A DNA stretch of 64,000 bases, from contig JAWLHY010000001.1 in the NCBI GenBank assembly GCA_041690135.1, positions 1,120,001 through 1,184,000 on the forward strand, read 5' to 3'. The position numbers and the translations under genes were made by a program. Below are positions 61,573 through 64,000 of the stretch, piece after piece; the stretch's first letter is position 1; the number at the start of each line of letters is the position of its first letter. The notes beneath the pieces were generated by a model. It made no database searches. It worked only from the letters and a program-made list of their open reading frames with translations, and was not told the origin of the DNA. The stretch is from Armatimonadota bacterium. GTDB taxonomy: Bacteria > Armatimonadota > SYMT01.

Positions 61573-61587
61573 AGTCGAGTCCTGATC

Positions 61588-63384
61588 CTAGAGTTCACGG
61601 ACGTAGCGGAGGACGGCGGCCAGTTCTTCGGGGGAGAGCTTGTGGGCATTGCCGTGGGCGTTGCGCGCGTCGTACTTTTCGAAGACTTCCTCCAGCGTCG
61701 CCGCCCGCCCATCGTGGAGGTAGGGCGCACTGTCGTAAACTCCGGCCAGGTGCGGCACGTCCACGTTGCGACCCGTGCTGGTGGTCCCGACCCACCGCTG
61801 CAAACCAGAGCCCCCGTGCAAAGGTCCCACGTGGCAGTTGGAACAACCTGCCTTGCCGGTGAACAACGCACGGCCGCGCTCCGCCTGCGGAGTCAACTTC
61901 TGGTCCGGAGTCCGATGTGGGTTCGGAGGAAGGTGGAATTGGGACACTGCGCCGATCAGCGCCTCTACCTGTTGAGCACTGGGTCGCGGGCCGCCGAGCA
62001 GGCCGGTGACCTCCGACTCCACGAACTCGGAGAGGTGCTTTTCAAATCCGGACCACCGGAACGGCGCCGTCTTCCCGATTCCCCCGCGGAGGTCGCGGGT
62101 GTTGCGCCGCGACATGCCGTCCCGCACGTGTGCGAAGCTCCAGGTGAGGCCGTCCGCGGTTCCGTCGGGATGGCAGGAGTTGCAGGAGAACCGGTGCATG
62201 CGGGTCATGCCGGCATGATTGAAGAGGTATTGCCCTTCGATCGTGGGATCCACCCGCGACGCTTTCCCGAGGTCGATGGTCTTCAGCACCCGCATCGAGG
62301 CGGCGTCGAGCACGGAAAGGCTGTTGCCCAGGTGGTTGGCCACCCACACCTGCTTGCCGTCCGGTGTCATGCAGAGGCCACGGGGATTGGCGCCGACGGG
62401 GGTCTCGACCTGGGAAATGGGCCAGATGGCGTCCCGGGTCCGGTCGTGAATGGTGATCCGCGTAACGACGTCCCGCCCGGCCAGCGAGACCCAGGCTTTG
62501 CGTGCCTGGGCGTCGAGCACGATGTCGTGCTGATCGGGGCTGCCGATCACGTCAAGCTGACCCGGGATGCGGACGAAGTCCATCCACTGGTCTTCGCCGC
62601 GGGTGCTGCTGGTGCCCTGGAGCACCACGGCCTGCACCAGGTTGTGCCAGATCTCTTTCGGGTCATCCGTCACCTTGTTGTTGAAGGCCGGCATCACCGT
62701 GGTGTACGCCTCGGCGCTGTCGGCGGTGGCGGCGATCCCACGGACATTGACCCCTTTCAGGCGGACGCGGGCATCTTCGTTCAGGGTCTCGGTGTCGATG
62801 ACGGAAACGCTGCCGCCCACCAGGTTCGCGACGACCAGCGTCGTCCCGTCCGGGGAGAGGTCCAGGGCGCGGGGCCTCCTCCCCACCGGGATGCGCGAGG
62901 TGACCTTCGCCTGCGGGAGATCGATCACGGCTACTTCGTCGAGTTGGCTGACGGTGACGAAGGCGCGCTTGCCGTCCGGCATCACGGCGACCCCGTAAGG
63001 CATGCCCGGCAACGGGAGGATCGCTCGGGCCTCCCCACTCATGGCGTCCAGGTAGGCGATGCTCCCGGAAAAGCTGTTGGTCACCAGCAGGGACCGCCCA
63101 TCGGGGGTAAGGGAAAGGCCGGTCGGTTCCTTTCCGCCCGTCTTGAACCGGTCTATCACCGTATGGGAGGAGATGTCGATGACGGCAATCGTCCCCTCCG
63201 CCTTCTCGGTCACGTAGGCGCGGCGTCCATCCGGCGCGAAAACCAGGTCGTAGGGTGCCCGGTTCCCTCCGATGGCCGGACGTGCCGCCTGGGTCTCGTT
63301 GCGTCCGCTCGCCAGGCTGACCGGTCCGACCGTAGCCGCGAGCAGTCCGAGCACTCCCCACCGAACAGTTTGTTGTTGCGCCAC
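61588..63384 (-). CDS. YncE/YVTN beta-propeller protein fused to a di-heme cytochrome c domain
   Basis: Repeated PDGxxxxVxN..GSVSVID blades; CNSCH and CSNCH heme motifs; APYLHDGRAATLEEV; GTG start estimated. Confidence 0.87.
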   Translation of the reverse strand: MAQQQTVRWGVLGLLAATVGPVSLASGRNETQAARPAIGGNRAPYDLVFAPDGRRAYVTEKAEGTIAVIDISSHTVIDRFKTGGKEPTGLSLTPDGRSLLVTNSFSGSIAYLDAMSGEARAILPLPGMPYGVAVMPDGKRAFVTVSQLDEVAVIDLPQAKVTSRIPVGRRPRALDLSPDGTTLVVANLVGGSVSVIDTETLNEDARVRLKGVNVRGIAATADSAEAYTTVMPAFNNKVTDDPKEIWHNLVQAVVLQGTSSTRGEDQWMDFVRIPGQLDVIGSPDQHDIVLDAQARKAWVSLAGRDVVTRITIHDRTRDAIWPISQVETPVGANPRGLCMTPDGKQVWVANHLGNSLSVLDAASMRVLKTIDLGKASRVDPTIEGQYLFNHAGMTRMHRFSCNSCHPDGTADGLTWSFAHVRDGMSRRNTRDLRGGIGKTAPFRWSGFEKHLSEFVESEVTGLLGGPRPSAQQVEALIGAVSQFHLPPNPHRTPDQKLTPQAERGRALFTGKAGCSNCHVGPLHGGSGLQRWVGTTSTGRNVDVPHLAGVYDSAPYLHDGRAATLEEVFEKYDARNAHGNAHKLSPEELAAVLRYVREL

Positions 63385-63388
63385 GTAC

Positions 63389-64000
63389 TTACTTGAACAG
63401 ATCGTTAACGGGGTCCGCGGCAATGGGGAACGGCCGGTTCCCAAGGTCGTAGACTTCCGTGTGCGGGTCGATTCCCAGGGCACGGTACATCGTACCCGCG
63501 ATGTTCTCCGGCTTAACAGGCCGATCCACGGGGTAGGCCCCGTCTGCATCGGAGGCGCCGTGCACGTAGCCGCGCTTCATCCCGCCCCCGGCCATCAGCA
63601 GGCTGTAGCAGTGGGGCCAGTGGTCGCGCCCGGCATCATTGTTGATCTTCGGCGTGCGTCCGAACTCCCCCATCCACACCACAAGCGTATCATCCAGCAT
63701 GCCGCGCTGTTCCAGATCCTTGATCAGGGCTGGGACTGCCTGGTCGGTGGTCGGCAGCAGGGTGTCCTTCAACTCGGGGAAGTTGTTCTTGTGGGTGTCC
63801 CAGATGAACCCGCCGCTCGGCCGGCAGTAGTAGACGGTCACCAGGCGGACGCCGATCTCCACCAGCCGCCGGGCCAGCAGGGTGCCCTGGCCGAAGGTGG
63901 TCCGGCCGTATTCGTCGCGCAGCTTTGCCGGCTCGCGGGAAAGGTCGAAGGCTTCCTTGAGGCGGGGTGACGAGAGCATGGCGAAAGCCCGCTCGTGATG
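63389..64000 (-). CDS. DUF1501 domain protein (5' part outside the window)
   Basis: LLARRLVEIGV, WDTH, GEFGRTPKIN, GRDHWP. Confidence 0.9.
   Translation of the reverse strand, partial: HHERAFAMLSSPRLKEAFDLSREPAKLRDEYGRTTFGQGTLLARRLVEIGVRLVTVYYCRPSGGFIWDTHKNNFPELKDTLLPTTDQAVPALIKDLEQRGMLDDTLVVWMGEFGRTPKINNDAGRDHWPHCYSLLMAGGGMKRGYVHGASDADGAYPVDRPVKPENIAGTMYRALGIDPHTEVYDLGNRPFPIAADPVNDLFK

Overview
GC-rich bacterial chromosome segment. The gene set (prepilin-type/H-X9-DG proteins, PEP-CTERM, DUF1501, SBBP and PD40/PKD surface proteins) is most typical of Armatimonadota-like bacteria; this assignment is inference only. Core genes: pgeF, galU, thrB, ubiX, glnA with a GlnR-like regulator, rlpA, pilT, dnaE, clpB, hsp20 and fhs. 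There is a selenocysteine cluster: selA, a selD that is itself a UGA-recoded selenoprotein (truncated in the ORF track) and tRNA-Sec, followed by tRNA-Ala(GGC). Also present are two two-component/phosphorelay loci and several large secreted proteins. Best leads: (1) a dense array of 13 CCGAC-type boxes over the promoter of a DUF5343-like gene divergent from dnaE; (2) a REP-associated tyrosine transposase among three ~230-bp REP doublets with covarying GNRA-capped hairpins and an apparent excision scar; (3) an unassigned ~330-nt structured RNA candidate at 46.2-46.5 kb; (4) a nested hairpin leader masking the RBS of a prepilin-like operon; (5) further dispersed repeat families. No CRISPR array, rRNA or prophage was seen. 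All family calls are by eye from motifs, not from database searches.
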